64,000 bases of DNA. Source: Rebecca billardiae RCC1528 (Eukaryota; Protista; Haptophyta). This document shows, in pieces, positions 42,851 through 54,159 of this stretch. The notes beneath the pieces are model-generated. The model was given only the letters and a program-made list of their open reading frames with translations. It was not told where the DNA came from and made no database searches. The stretch lies in NCBI GenBank assembly GCA_965240325.2, contig OZ251225.1:3658001-3722000 (forward strand), given 5' to 3'. Numbering within the stretch: the first letter of the stretch is position 1; each line of letters begins with the position of its first letter. The position numbers and the translations under genes were made by a program.

Positions 42851-44157
42851 GGCCCCGCCACTGCGCACCGGGGTGCAGGCGGCTGGCGCAGCCGCTGATG
42901 GGGTCTTGAGTCTTGATGCGCGCTCAGCCAGGTAAATCAAGTAATAATGTTAGCCGCCGAGTTCACCGTGCGGGCAAACAATAATTATTCGGCAGGGCAC
43001 GATGGCGGGCCGCGCGACGCGTGCGGCCGCGCCGGCCCGGGCGGGCCGCTTGCTTCACTGTTGAGCAGCCACCCGTTCAGGCGCCCGCTGTCGGGTCGGA
43101 TCTGGGGGTTGGCCCGAAGCGCTCGCGGAAAACATTTCAATTGAAATGGCTTCCGGCTGCGCGCCGGTAAAGTAAAAGTGGCCGCGGCCTGCCAGTGGCG
43201 TGCGCGGCCTCGCCTCGCGTGCACGCCAGTGAAGACGAAGGCTGGGCGACGGCGCGCGAGGCGGGTACGTCTTGGTCGCGCCTACTGACCCCTTCTGACG
43301 CTCATGGCTCGCCTCCGTTGCCTCTTCTGCGCCCATGGTCACTGCGTACGTCCATGCGTCTGCATGCCGTTGCGGCTGGCGGTGCCTGCGCCGTCGCTTC
43401 ATCGCACCGGATGTGCTGCAAGGGCAAGACGCGGGCTTCCTGAAGAGAGAACATACATACCAGCCCCATGCGCACCGGTTCAAGCCACGACTCAAGCGCA
43501 TGTCGCGGACAGAAGCGGGCGCGGTAGGCAACGTTTGGCCTTCTCGGTCGGTGGCAGTCGAGTAGTGCTCAGAAGCGGAGAAGAGGCTGAGGCGGCACAC
43601 TTCTGCAGAGCCGGATGTCCCTTGAGCAGTTCTTCAAATGATGGCCGCGATGCGCCGTCGCCACGGCCATGCCAGCCGCCGCAGACGACACGCGCGACGG
43701 GCGGCGCGACGGGTCTTGGCGCTCATCTCGCAGTGGCGCGCACTGCGCGCGGGCTGAGTCCGGGCGGAATGAAGGGGACCGAGTCCCCTTAATTCCGCCC
43801 CGGACTCGTGTGAGTTAGCTCGGGTCGCCTGAACGGGTGGGGGGTGCGTGCGCAGCGTCGTCGTCGGCGGCGGCGGCAGCGGCAACCACGCGGCTCCCGA
43901 GCTCTCTTTTGGCCTGCGTGACTGGTATCATAAGGAGGCGCGGATTCGAGTATTCGACAGAACGCTCATCAATAGCGCGTATTTACTCACTTCATTCATT
44001 TAGTGTGCGGTTGATTAGGTCATTTGGGAGCGAGGTGCGACCCAAGCCGTAAGTTCCGGACATGATGACTCCTTCCGATAGGACGCGCTGGGTAGTGCGC
44101 GGGGCTGCTTTCACTCGTCTGGGCCTTGGCCTGCGTCCTCGGCGACGCGTCCTCGAC

Positions 44158-45250
44158 ATGGACTTCGCCCAGTTCAAGAACTGGGCGCTCGAGAACCCGC
44201 GCACCGCGGCGACGCTCGTGATGGCCGTGCTCACAGCCCTTTGGATATATCTCGCGCCCGAGCCGGGCGGCTCGCGCGAGAAGCAGCTCAAGAAGTGCCG
44301 CTCGATGTGCGTCGACATGATTCGCAGAAACTCGTGCCACCCGATCATGGTTAGACTTGCCTGGCATGACGCGGGCACGTACGACATGAAGCACAAGCAT
44401 CTGCCGTGGCCCGCCGCGGGGGGCGCGATCGGCTCGATCCGCTTCGCCAAGGAGATCAACGCTGGACCTAACGCCGGCCTCTCCAAGGCGCTGCGGCTGC
44501 TCGAGCCGATCAAGCTGGCGTGCCCCGAGGTCTCATGGGCGGACCTGATCCAGATGGCGTCGGCCACGGCGATCGAGCTGGCGGGCGGGCCGAGGATCGA
44601 CATGACATACGGACGCCTCGACGCGGACGACTCGCCGCCGCAGTCCACCCCGCCCTTCGGCCTGCCCGACGCCAAGCCTCAGCGGCCGGCCGAGCACCTG
44701 CGCGCCGTGTTTGGCAAGTACGACAACATGGGCGACAAGGAGATCGTCGCGCTGTCGGGCGCGCACACGCTGGGCCGTGCGTTCAAGGTGTGCGCGCCGC
44801 CACCGCGCCGGGCTGTCGCCCCTCGCCCTGCTCACCCGCCGCACCCTGCGTGCCGCACACGCTCTGCACGTCGCACCTCGCGCCGCCGCGCAGGAGCGCT
44901 CGGGTGCGGTCGACAACGGGTACGGCGAGAACGGCGCGACCAAGTACACGTGCAGCGCCCACTGCGCGTCGGGGCACCCTGGCACGTCGAATGGGATGGC
45001 CGGCGGCAAGTCGTGGACGCCCATGTGGCTGCGCTTCGACAACTCGTACTTCACGCTGCCCGGCAAGTCGGATCCCGAGTGCGTCGCCTTCCCAACAGAC
45101 CGCGTGCTCGAGACCGACCCGGGCTTCAAGCCCTACTTCGACAAGTACGCTGCGTCCGAGGCCGCCTTCTTCGCCGACTACGCGGCAGCGCACAAGAAGC
45201 TCTCCGAGCTGGGCTCGAAGTTCCTGCCTCCGCAAGGGATCAAGATCTGA
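44158..45250 (+). CDS. APX: Class I heme peroxidase (ascorbate peroxidase-like) with an N-terminal membrane anchor; intron 44788-44893
   Basis: Motifs [58 protein letters not shown] and [16 protein letters not shown]. Confidence 0.93.
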
Positions 45251-46098
45251 GCAGAAGCCTGCGAGTGCGGCGCCGCACCGACGGCACTGCGTCTGCCAGC
45301 TGGGACCTCAGCGGTCACGGACACGGTGCTCGGACGCGCACCGCCACCGGGTCCAAGCTGAGCAGTGCCAGGACCAAGGACCATGGATGGGCGTTGCATC
45401 TGGTAAACACTCTTACACACACAGCACACACACACACACAGTACCGCGTGATATATCAGATATATATATATATATGTGTGTGTGTGTATGTGCTGTAGTT
45501 ATTAGTTAGTATACATTAATAACGACTGATGCTGATGATTTATTACACTATTTCGGACGAGTAATTTGAGCCGCCCTGATACGCAGTCGTCCGAGGCGGC
45601 TGCCAGGGCGCCGCCACTCGACGAGTGCCAACTCGACGTCCGAACGAACGGCGCGCGGACGCCGGCACCGGTACGTACGGCTAGTAACGTCGGCTACCAC
45701 CGGTCCGTACCGGACACGGTCGGATACTAGCATCAGTCCGCGGGACACTCAATAACTCATCCTGGAATAACCGTGAATAAGTCGATCAACCAGAGTACAG
45801 TAGCAGTACCAGTAGTTCTGTTCAATTCAGAATCGACTCAGACTAGCTTACTGTCTACTGTCTACTCGGGAGTCGGGGGCCGCATCATCCTGGCCGATCG
45901 CCGTCGGGCTGTTCCATATCTCAGCCTAGTTACGGAGTCACTGAGCTACAGTAAGCTACGGAGAGTACGCTGTACGGACAGACTCCTCGGCCACCTCGGG
46001 CTCACGGTCTGCAGTCAGCCACGGTGAGCCACTCTGACTGAGTCTCGTCAATCGTCATCGGAGTGCCACGTCCGACAGACCAACCAGCAACAGCCAGC

Positions 46099-46956
46099 GA
46101 CCCGTTGCACGCGTGAGCGCCGAAAAAACGACACTTTGGCAGTGATAGTCATCAGCACCGTCGCCGCATCGTGGGCATGCCGCTGCCGCCGCCGGCGGCG
46201 GCAGCGGGAGCGTGGCAGCAGATCTACCACCTTCCGCGTTACGCGCTGCGTCGTGCGCGCCAGGTGGCAGGTTTCCCAGGTCCGCCGCGCGGAAGGCAGC
46301 GTGAGCGGTCGGCGAGCGCACGGAGATGAGAAGTAAGCGCGCATCGTGAGAGCTTCAGCAGCTTGCCCACGCGCTTCACGAAGGCGGTGTGGTTGCGTGC
46401 GCACGCCTTCTGTACCCGTACCCGCGATCAAAGCGTGAGCCACTCCCTAGGTCTTGCCTGCGCATCGCGGGCCGCGCCTCGTCTCCTGAATCCTCGTTCA
46501 CGAGGACAGCACGTGTATCCGTGTACGCGCTCGCGGCCGATGGCGGCTCCCCGCGTCGAGAGCCGTTTGGCTGGAGCCGCATCCAAGGGCATGTATCCTC
46601 ACGGCCCCACCCGATGCTGACGCTGAGGTGGCGTGCTTGCCGAAGGTAGCCGCATTGGCTGATCTCTCTGCCTTTGGGCAACCCTTTGCAACCGCGCCGG
46701 CTCACGCTGCCAGCGCGCGCGCGGCGTGGCTTCGTGGTGGACACCTGCCCTGGGTTTTGTCGTTCGTTCTCAGCGACGGTTGGGTCGATTGACATGCGGA
46801 TTGGATTGGTGCATTGCGAATCGGCTTCGCAATGCACCATTGCGCTCGGATCGGCGCGGACGTCAGCCATGCGGCAGCGCGAGCGACAAAACCGCGAGAT
46901 TTCATACGCTTGTCGTTTTTTCATACGCTCACGGTTACTCACCCGTGCAACGGGTC
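46099..46956. mobile_element. Non-autonomous TIR DNA transposon, copy 2 (858 bp, 4-bp TSD CAGC)
   Basis: TIRs GACCCGTTGCACGCGTGAG ... CTCACCCGTGCAACGGGTC. CAGC is duplicated at 46095-46098 and 46957-46960. Confidence 0.88.
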
Positions 46957-47354
46957 CAGCACAGACGATCTCAGCCAAAGGACCATCGTCAAATCTCAGC
47001 CGTCCGTCTGCACTCGTGCACCAGTACTGTGCTGTGCCTGCGCCGGTCTGTTTTGTGGCGGCCGGTGTCTTTATTGTGCAGTGTTGGATGGCGTCAATCA
47101 CGCCCGGCTTAACCAAGTGACAATAAGTGTGCACGTTATAAAAACATTAACATAGTAAACTGTACCGACTGTCCGACTCGGTACGTCGGGCGTCAATCTC
47201 GCCTTCCTGAGGTGTCGTGTGCGTCTCTTTTTCTTATTAGTAAACTGTATGGGGGTACTATTTTGTAAATACCCCCATACTTGTATTCAGTGACTTGTAT
47301 TGTACAGTTTACAAGCTAGCTATACAGTTTACTAAGAATAAGAGACGCACACAG

Positions 47355-47559
47355 GCGCTGTTGGCAATGGCAGCATACCCCCGCCCCCTCTGGAGGCGGG
47401 CTGTCCACAGTGGAGTGGTGTCAAGGCACTTGGTGTCTCGGTCAGTGGTTTGAGGTTGGGTGAGGGTGGTGGTTGGTTGGGGGCTGGCCAGGGTAGGGCT
47501 GGAGGCTTCGGCCGCCAGTCTGATCACCCGGAGCCCGTTATAAAGGGGAATTTAAAAAA
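47355..47559 (+). mobile_element. Short A-tailed retroposon fragment inserted into a copy of the 46-bp motif
   Basis: It splits the motif between ...GACGCACACAG and ACACAGCTCAGG..., with TSD ACACAG. It ends in TTTAAAAAA and has a CpG-poor interior. Confidence 0.65.
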
Positions 47560-47607
47560 ACACAGCTCAGGCAGGCGAGCAGTGCTGTACACTCAGTACA
47601 GAGTGCG

Positions 47608-49132
47608 ATGGCGGCCGCTCAGAGCGGCCCTTACCCCATCTACGACCGCTCGGGAGTCGACGATGGGCCGCCCGAACTGCTCGGCGAGCTTCCGGATCTG
47701 CCTCGTGCGCCGCTGGAAGCACCAGCCTTCCCACTCGACCAGAGCGTCGACGGCAAGCGCGATGTGCTGCTCGACCGATCTGTGGTGCGCCGCGCCGGCC
47801 TGACCATCGCAGCGATCCTGGCGACGACGGTGGCATCGCTCGGCGTGCTTGGGGCGGTGAGCTTGCGCTATCCACCGCTCGGCTCATCTGGGTTGATCGC
47901 GTTCACGCTCGGCCTGCGCCACGGCGTCGACGCCGACCACATTGCCGCGATCGACAACGTGTCCCGCAAGCTGCTGGCCGATGGCCAGCTGCCGCTGTTG
48001 GTCGGTCTCTACTTCTCGCTGGGGCACTCGACGGTGGTGGTCGTGCTGTGCGTGCTCGTCACGCTGCTGGGCTCGACACTCGCGCCGCGCATCGACGAGC
48101 TCGCCGGCGTGGGCAGCGTGATCGGTGTGCTCGTCTCCACGACAATGCTGCTGCTTGTCGGCTGCCTCAACCTTGCCCTTGCGCTCAACACGCTCAGCGC
48201 GTGGCTGCGAGCGCGCGCGAGAGGCGGCGCGGGCGCAGAGGACGACGCGGGCGCGGGTACGGGCCTCGGCACGCCGCGCCAGCAGCTCCTGTTGCACGAG
48301 CACGACGGCCAGCCGCCGCATGCGCACATCATCAGCCTCGCCCCGACAGCGGACGGCAGCGCGGTGGGTGCGCGCGCGGATGAGGGCAGCATGGGTGGGC
48401 TCTTCCTTCGCTGCGCATGCTGCGCGCGCCTGCTCGCGCGCGTCGACCGGGCTTGGAAGCTGTGCCCCGTCGGTGTGCCGCTCGCCCGCGCGCACCCGCG
48501 TGCCTCGCGCGCGCCCGAGCTGCGCACGGCGCCCCCGGTCAACACCGCGCCCCCGCCCACCCCGCCCACGCGCAGGCGTCCTCTTTGGTCTCGGGTTTGA
48601 CACGGCGTCGGAGGTGGCGCTGCTCTCGCTCGCGGCGGCCGCGCCGGGGCGCTCCGCCGCGCCCCCCGCCGCCGCGCTCGTGCTACCCCTCGTCTTCACC
48701 GCAGGGATGAGCCTCGTCGACACGTGCAACGGCGTGCTGATGCTGTGGGCGTACGGCTGGGCCGGGCTGCAGCCGGGCACCAGGCTGTGCTTCACCGCCT
48801 CGCTCACGCTCGCATCAGCGCTCCTCGCGCTCAGTGTGGCCGCTGTGCAGACACTCGCCTTCCTGCGTGAGCACGTGCAGCCCACGCCCACCGGCGGCCT
48901 GTGGGACGCCGTCGCAGCGCTCGACGAGCACAACGAGTGGATCGGCGCCGGCGCCATCTGCGCCTTTGTGCTCGCGCTCGTCGGCGCGATCATCGGCACG
49001 ATGCTGTGCACGGCTCGAGATCAGCGCGGGTTGGCGGCGCGGCATCAGCGGCCAGCTGCGCTCGGCGCCACTGAGTCTGATCTCACTCAGTTGCAGCCGA
49101 GCAGCGTCGAATCATCGTCATCGCTATCTTAG
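47608..49132 (+). CDS. NiCoT-family high-affinity nickel/cobalt permease (HoxN/HupN/NixA, Nic1-like); intron 48473-48575
   Basis: Motifs GLRHGVDADHIAAIDN, FSLGHSTVV, GVLFGLGFDTASEV and LPLVFTAGMSLVDT.NG, plus a His-rich loop. Confidence 0.93.
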
Positions 49133-49963
49133 GCCGCCGCCCGTTTTCGCGTCGTCCTCTGAGTAGCGCGCAGCAGATCTGAGTCTGGCCTACTCGTCAG
49201 CACTCGTACATTCACGACCGACTCATCGTCACTGTCTCATGACTCTCATGAGTCATGTCCGCCGTTGTCCGCGGAGAGTCTATCGAGCATCGTCTCGGGT
49301 TCGTCATCACCGCGTTCGAGTGACATATGATATATACGACTCCGGCAACCGTTCTGCCGAATCGCCGCTTAATAATCTGCTGGCGCTTATGAGCCGCGCT
49401 TATTACGGCTAAGCTTATATACATGCGCAAAATCCTCGTTCATACGCCGCGCCGTTATTGCATGCTGCGTGCGCACGGCAATAATTCGTCATATATATTC
49501 AGTTTTATGCGCGCACACGACCTGATATCTTCAGTTATTGACGGGTCGTTGCAGTGTTGCACCCTTTCCCGGCGCCCGTCTGGCCGTCAGATGCGCGTGT
49601 TGTGATGGCACCTGCTGCTTATTGCCTTGCTGCCTTTCGCCTCTAGTTACTTGCCTTCCCGAGCGACCGCGACGGGTCATCACTGTTATCAGACATCATC
49701 ACCGCCTGCTGTGTGCGTCGTCATTCCCGCGTGGACTGCGGCTCGGTTATAGTACGTGACTGCTGCTACTCAGTGCCAGCCTGATGCGCCCGGACGCGCC
49801 AGCAGCGCGCTATAACTAACCCGGAGTCAGTCGGACAGGTGATATCGGACTCAGTGATGAGTGACTTGAGCCACGGACGGTGCGCGGCTGATTCGTATGA
49901 CTGCTAGTGCGCCACTCAGCATATATATATAATGAGTCATATGACAATAATGAGTCCTGACTA

Positions 49964-50938
49964 CAGGGGTCTCAACCATTTAACGTCACATTCTGACTGA
50001 GCTGCACGCCACTGCTCACCCTGCCCCCTGGGCTGATCCAGGCGGCCCCCATGGCCCGTGCACGACGGTTTCGACCTAGGGCGTCAGCCCCAGCGCGCGT
50101 GGGCTGGACTTGGAGTTGGGCACACTCACAGGTCACACGGCTGCAGGCGTACAGCCTGTCGCAGCTGGCCAGATCCTGCCGCAGGCTTGTCGTCACTGGT
50201 CGCGGGCCGTGTGCCCACACAGATCAGGCCTAAATTGTGCTTGCATGGCAGTGGATCTGGTACCCCCTAGAGAGGGCTGCATGCCACCCTGGGGGGAGCT
50301 CATGGGATGCAGCTGTTGTGGCACAGTGCCCAATCCCGCGCCCCCACCTGCGCAAGGACCTGTCGGGTCAGCTCCCCTGCACTGGGAGGCCAGCAGTGTC
50401 AGTACCCGCTGACACACCCAGAGGGTGGCCAGCCACCCGACTTGAGGGGGCTAGAGTGGGGCTGGTGCAGCCAAGAGCTCTGCCAGCCTAGCTGCTGGTG
50501 GCTGGCCTGCATGGATTTTCATTCAAGCTGGCCACCCACTGCTGCCTGCCGCACCCCTCGCTCACTAGTCGCTGCACCCACTCCTGGGCTGTGCACATGC
50601 CGCATGCGCACTCTGGATGGCACCACAGCCCAGCAGGGAGCCAGCTGGCCAAGCAGCCACCCACTCGTCAGAATGGCCAGAGAGTGCGAGCGCGCTGGGC
50701 TCATCAAGACTACCACATCTGGATCTAGCGCCATCATCAGGCGCAATCAAGTAAGTAGCAGCTTTTGTGCTCACTCAATCACCGCCGATGCCTGTCTGCA
50801 GTGGGCACTTCAAGTATATCGGCATTATGACGATTAAATAACAAACAGAGCCATAATATATATATATATATATTATATATATTAAGATATCCATATAGTA
50901 GCTTGAATCATCAGCAGCTATAATTGTTGAGACCCCTG
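49964..50938. mobile_element. Tc1/mariner-type non-autonomous element (975 bp, TA TSD)
   Basis: TA|CAGGGGTCTCAACCATT ... AATTGTTGAGACCCCTG|TA. The interior is CpG-depleted and has no intact transposase. Confidence 0.8.
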
Positions 50939-51072
50939 TATGCGCAAGGCCACTGACAAGTGACTGCGCACCTTGATTCTTGTGAGAGACAGAAATCAGC
51001 ACCAATCAGAATCGGCGGGCCGATGGCGGAGTTACGGTCCCAATGTGCGCTGGCGCGCTCTTCGGACGGCCG

Positions 51073-52182
51073 CTACTGCCGTGCGATCAGCCACCCGGCC
51101 AAACTTCGCTCAATGAGCCGAGCCGCCATTATCGTCGTGGTGGCTGCGCCGTTCTCCAGGAGCGGGTGCCGAGGGCGCGTGCGCAGCGCGCGTGCGATCC
51201 ATGCGCGCCTTCGTGCGCAATGCGCCTGCACGGCGCGCTCGCCGCCCTCGTAGATCATGACCGCAAACTCTGGGCTGGTGGAGTTGCAGAGCGTTTTGAC
51301 GCGATCGAGCTCAGTCAGAAGCATAAGGCTGCTCTCAGCGGGCGCCGAGGGCCCGACCTGGTCGCGATTATCGCCTGGCGCCCGGCCATCCATGCGGCAC
51401 ACGACGCGCGCCGAGGGCCGGGTGCACTCGGCGCGCACGAGCGCCTGCAGCTGCGCGCCCTCGTCCTGCGTGCGGTACCGCCACGGGCGCGGGCAGTGCG
51501 GCGTGAGGTCGACGAAGCACTCGTCGAGGCTCCCGCCGAGCAGACGGACGAGCGTGTGCACGTCGGGCGTGTGCATGTGCACGCCCGCCTCCACGCTGAG
51601 CGCTCGCAGCGCCGCCCGCGAGGACAGCGCGACACGCAGCACGCAGTCGGCGAGGCGCGTGCTGGGCGTGTAGTGAAGGTGGACCGTGCCGCTCGAAACC
51701 ACGCTGGCGTGCAGCTGGCGTAGGCCCGTGAGGTGCTCGGCGTAGATCAGCCCGACTGGGCACTGCTCCCGCCGCTCGTCGCGCAGGCAGAGCCTTGCGA
51801 GCAGGAGTGTGGTGATGCCGCCCTGCACCGCCGGCGGTAGGCGCTCGAGAAGCTCATCGAGTGCAGACACGGTGGCGTACACGCCGCCGCCCTTGTCACG
51901 CGCGCAGTAGAGCTCGTACTGACCGTTAGTTCTGTCACGCGCCTGGCCCTTCAGCCTGCGCAGGTGTGCTGCGAGAGTGTCGGGTGCTGCCCGCTGCGAT
52001 GCGCGCATGGCGGCACTGTCAGATGGACTGGTGACGGCTGAGCCAAAGACGACGAGGGTGCGCAGCGGCCGCTGGGCGGCATGCAGGGTGCGGCACGTGG
52101 CGCACAGGGCGAGCATGCTTGCATAGTCGTGGTCGGCGAGCTGCGCCACGAGCACGTCCACAGCGCGAGATGGAAGCCCCAT
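51073..52182 (-). CDS. Hypothetical protein with an F-box-like N-terminus
   Basis: MGLPSRAVDVLVAQL...MLALCATCRTLH resembles the F-box consensus (LP..ll..il..L...l.lvCr.w). 369-aa ORF. Confidence 0.5.
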   Translation of the reverse strand: MGLPSRAVDVLVAQLADHDYASMLALCATCRTLHAAQRPLRTLVVFGSAVTSPSDSAAMRASQRAAPDTLAAHLRRLKGQARDRTNGQYELYCARDKGGGVYATVSALDELLERLPPAVQGGITTLLLARLCLRDERREQCPVGLIYAEHLTGLRQLHASVVSSGTVHLHYTPSTRLADCVLRVALSSRAALRALSVEAGVHMHTPDVHTLVRLLGGSLDECFVDLTPHCPRPWRYRTQDEGAQLQALVRAECTRPSARVVCRMDGRAPGDNRDQVGPSAPAESSLMLLTELDRVKTLCNSTSPEFAVMIYEGGERAVQAHCARRRAWIARALRTRPRHPLLENGAATTTIMAARLIERSLAGWLIARQ

Positions 52183-52209
52183 CCCGACGAGCGAGCCCGG
52201 GCGGCCGCG

Positions 52210-53829
52210 GGCTTATCCCACAAACCCACGGGAGGCGCTCGGCTTGAAAGAGCGCCCGGACCACAGCGATCTCATGAGATCGCTGTGGTCCGGGAGCTCT
52301 TTCATACTGTTCGCGCGTGCGCGGGGTGGGCGCTCTGCCGACCGGGACCGGCCGGGGCGGTGAGCCCGGAGCGACGTGCGCCGCGGTTGCGCGCGCTGAA
52401 CGCGCATCTTGGCACCTCGCGCGCTCGTCACGCACGCGCTAGTGACAGATCACTACCGCATGCGTCATCTCTTCGTCCGCCAAGCCTGCTCCTTGGGCGC
52501 TCGCTTCGCGTCATCGGTCAGAGCGGCGCTGTGCGAGCCGAATGTCAGCTTGGCCGGGCCGATTGCCGAAGCGCACATCGGCATCGTGCACGGAGGAAGC
52601 GGCACTGATGCTGCGCGTGTGCCTGTCCTTGTTGATAATGTTGCCATCTGCTGCGCTATGCAACGCGTCGACGCGGCTCACCTGACACGGGCAGCCCAAC
52701 TTGTTCCTTGGCACTCAGCTGGTCTGATGATCAGCGAAGGCGGATCTGTCGTTCACACGCGCGCGCTGCCTGATGCGTCTATGGTCGGCGCCGCGCGGCA
52801 TGGCGATAAACAAGTCAGCACGTGAGTCAAATCTCCCGCCCGCTACGCAGTGCTATGATGACTGCTCGATCAGTCATCATAGCGCCCCCCGACCAGCAGC
52901 CGCGGCGATGGGCGAGGCCGGCACCCACCGTCGACGCGCCGAAGACCGAGTCTGCGCTCGCGTCGGCGATGAAGTGCTCGGTCAAGACGGAGACGCGCGG
53001 GCGCTCGATGATGCCGGCTCAGGACAGCTGTTGGCACGACGGCCGTCTCAGCCAGGCTGAACGCGCACGCGACGACGACGCGGCGGTGGATCTTGACCTG
53101 ACTTGGTGGCCCGAGCGACGGACGAGTCGGCGGCGCGGTCGCTGACGAATTGACGATGTCTGACGTATAGCTGATTCTGACGCTGAGTGATGACGGGTGA
53201 GCGCGACAGGTTGCTGACGATTCGTGTATACCAACACGGCGGTGTGTGTAGTCGTATGCCGCGGCGGCGAAGTCTGACAGCAGCAGCATAGTACTTAGTC
53301 TCACCATGTGCGCCCAGCAGTCAGCATCAATCAGCAATCAGACATCGTCTATCTCTGACCAGCCCGCAGCCTACGGAATCCGCCATTTTGGCCGGTTTTG
53401 CTCGAAACATCCATACCTTGACACCGGTGGGAGAACGAGCCTGTTGCAGGTGCCGAACCCGCGTATGCCGCCGAGCACGTCCGCGCACGCCAGCAAGCGG
53501 GCGTTGCGCATCCACGCCAAACACATGCGCACCAGGCAGACGCGAGAACTCGCCCTTAAAAGCCCTCCTGCGCGCGCGCGCGCGCGTTGCGGCGCGGCGG
53601 GCAGGCGGGCGTGATGCGTTGCACGCAAAGCAGATGGTGCCTGCGCGCGGCGAGGGCGGCGAGGGAGGGCGGGAGCGCGCGCTAATGAGGCCGGTAGGTG
53701 TCCTGACCCGCGCCCGCAGCGCGCGCGCACCCGCAGCGGCCGTATGTGAGCGAACGAGCGCGCCGCGCGTGGCCGCCATCGTGTCGCTGCCCGGCTGGGG
53801 GCGCCGCCCGTGGGTTTGTGGCATAAGCC
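52210..53829. mobile_element. TIR element (1620 bp, 3-bp TSD GCG; PIF/Harbinger-like termini), non-autonomous
   Basis: GGCTTATCCCACAAACCCACGGGAGGCGC ... GCGCCGCCCGTGGGTTTGTGGCATAAGCC, with GCG on both sides. It contains a 60-bp palindrome at 52245-52304. Confidence 0.75.
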
Positions 53830-54159
53830 GCGGGGCTCGTCCTTCGGCCGCGAGTTGAGAGCGACGGCAGGACGAATGATGATGACGATACTCGCCTGCC
53901 TGAGCTGTACTGTGCGTCTCTTATTCTTAGTAAACTGTAGAAAAGGGACCCCCCATACGGTCGGAAGCACTCTGATGAACAATGCCGGGGTCATCGCGCG
54001 GGTCCCACAATCCTACTACCGCCCTTGATCATACCGCTAATACTGTACGGTCGTACGGCTACAGTTTACTAAGAATAAGAGACGCACACAGCTCAGGCAC
54101 AGTAACTATAGTACTTTTACGACGACTTACGTACTCTTAGGAGACTTGGGACACGCTCG

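Noticed and set aside
43000-44100. Short ORFs between the kinase and APX genes
   Set aside because: No motifs, codon signal or splice pattern that I can support.
47608-49132. NiCoT, TraB, DUF4139 and Maf as recent bacterial horizontal transfers
   Set aside because: They have host-like GC and codon use, plus an intron or targeting peptides, and these families are known in algae and other eukaryotes. There is no evidence for transfer without a phylogeny.
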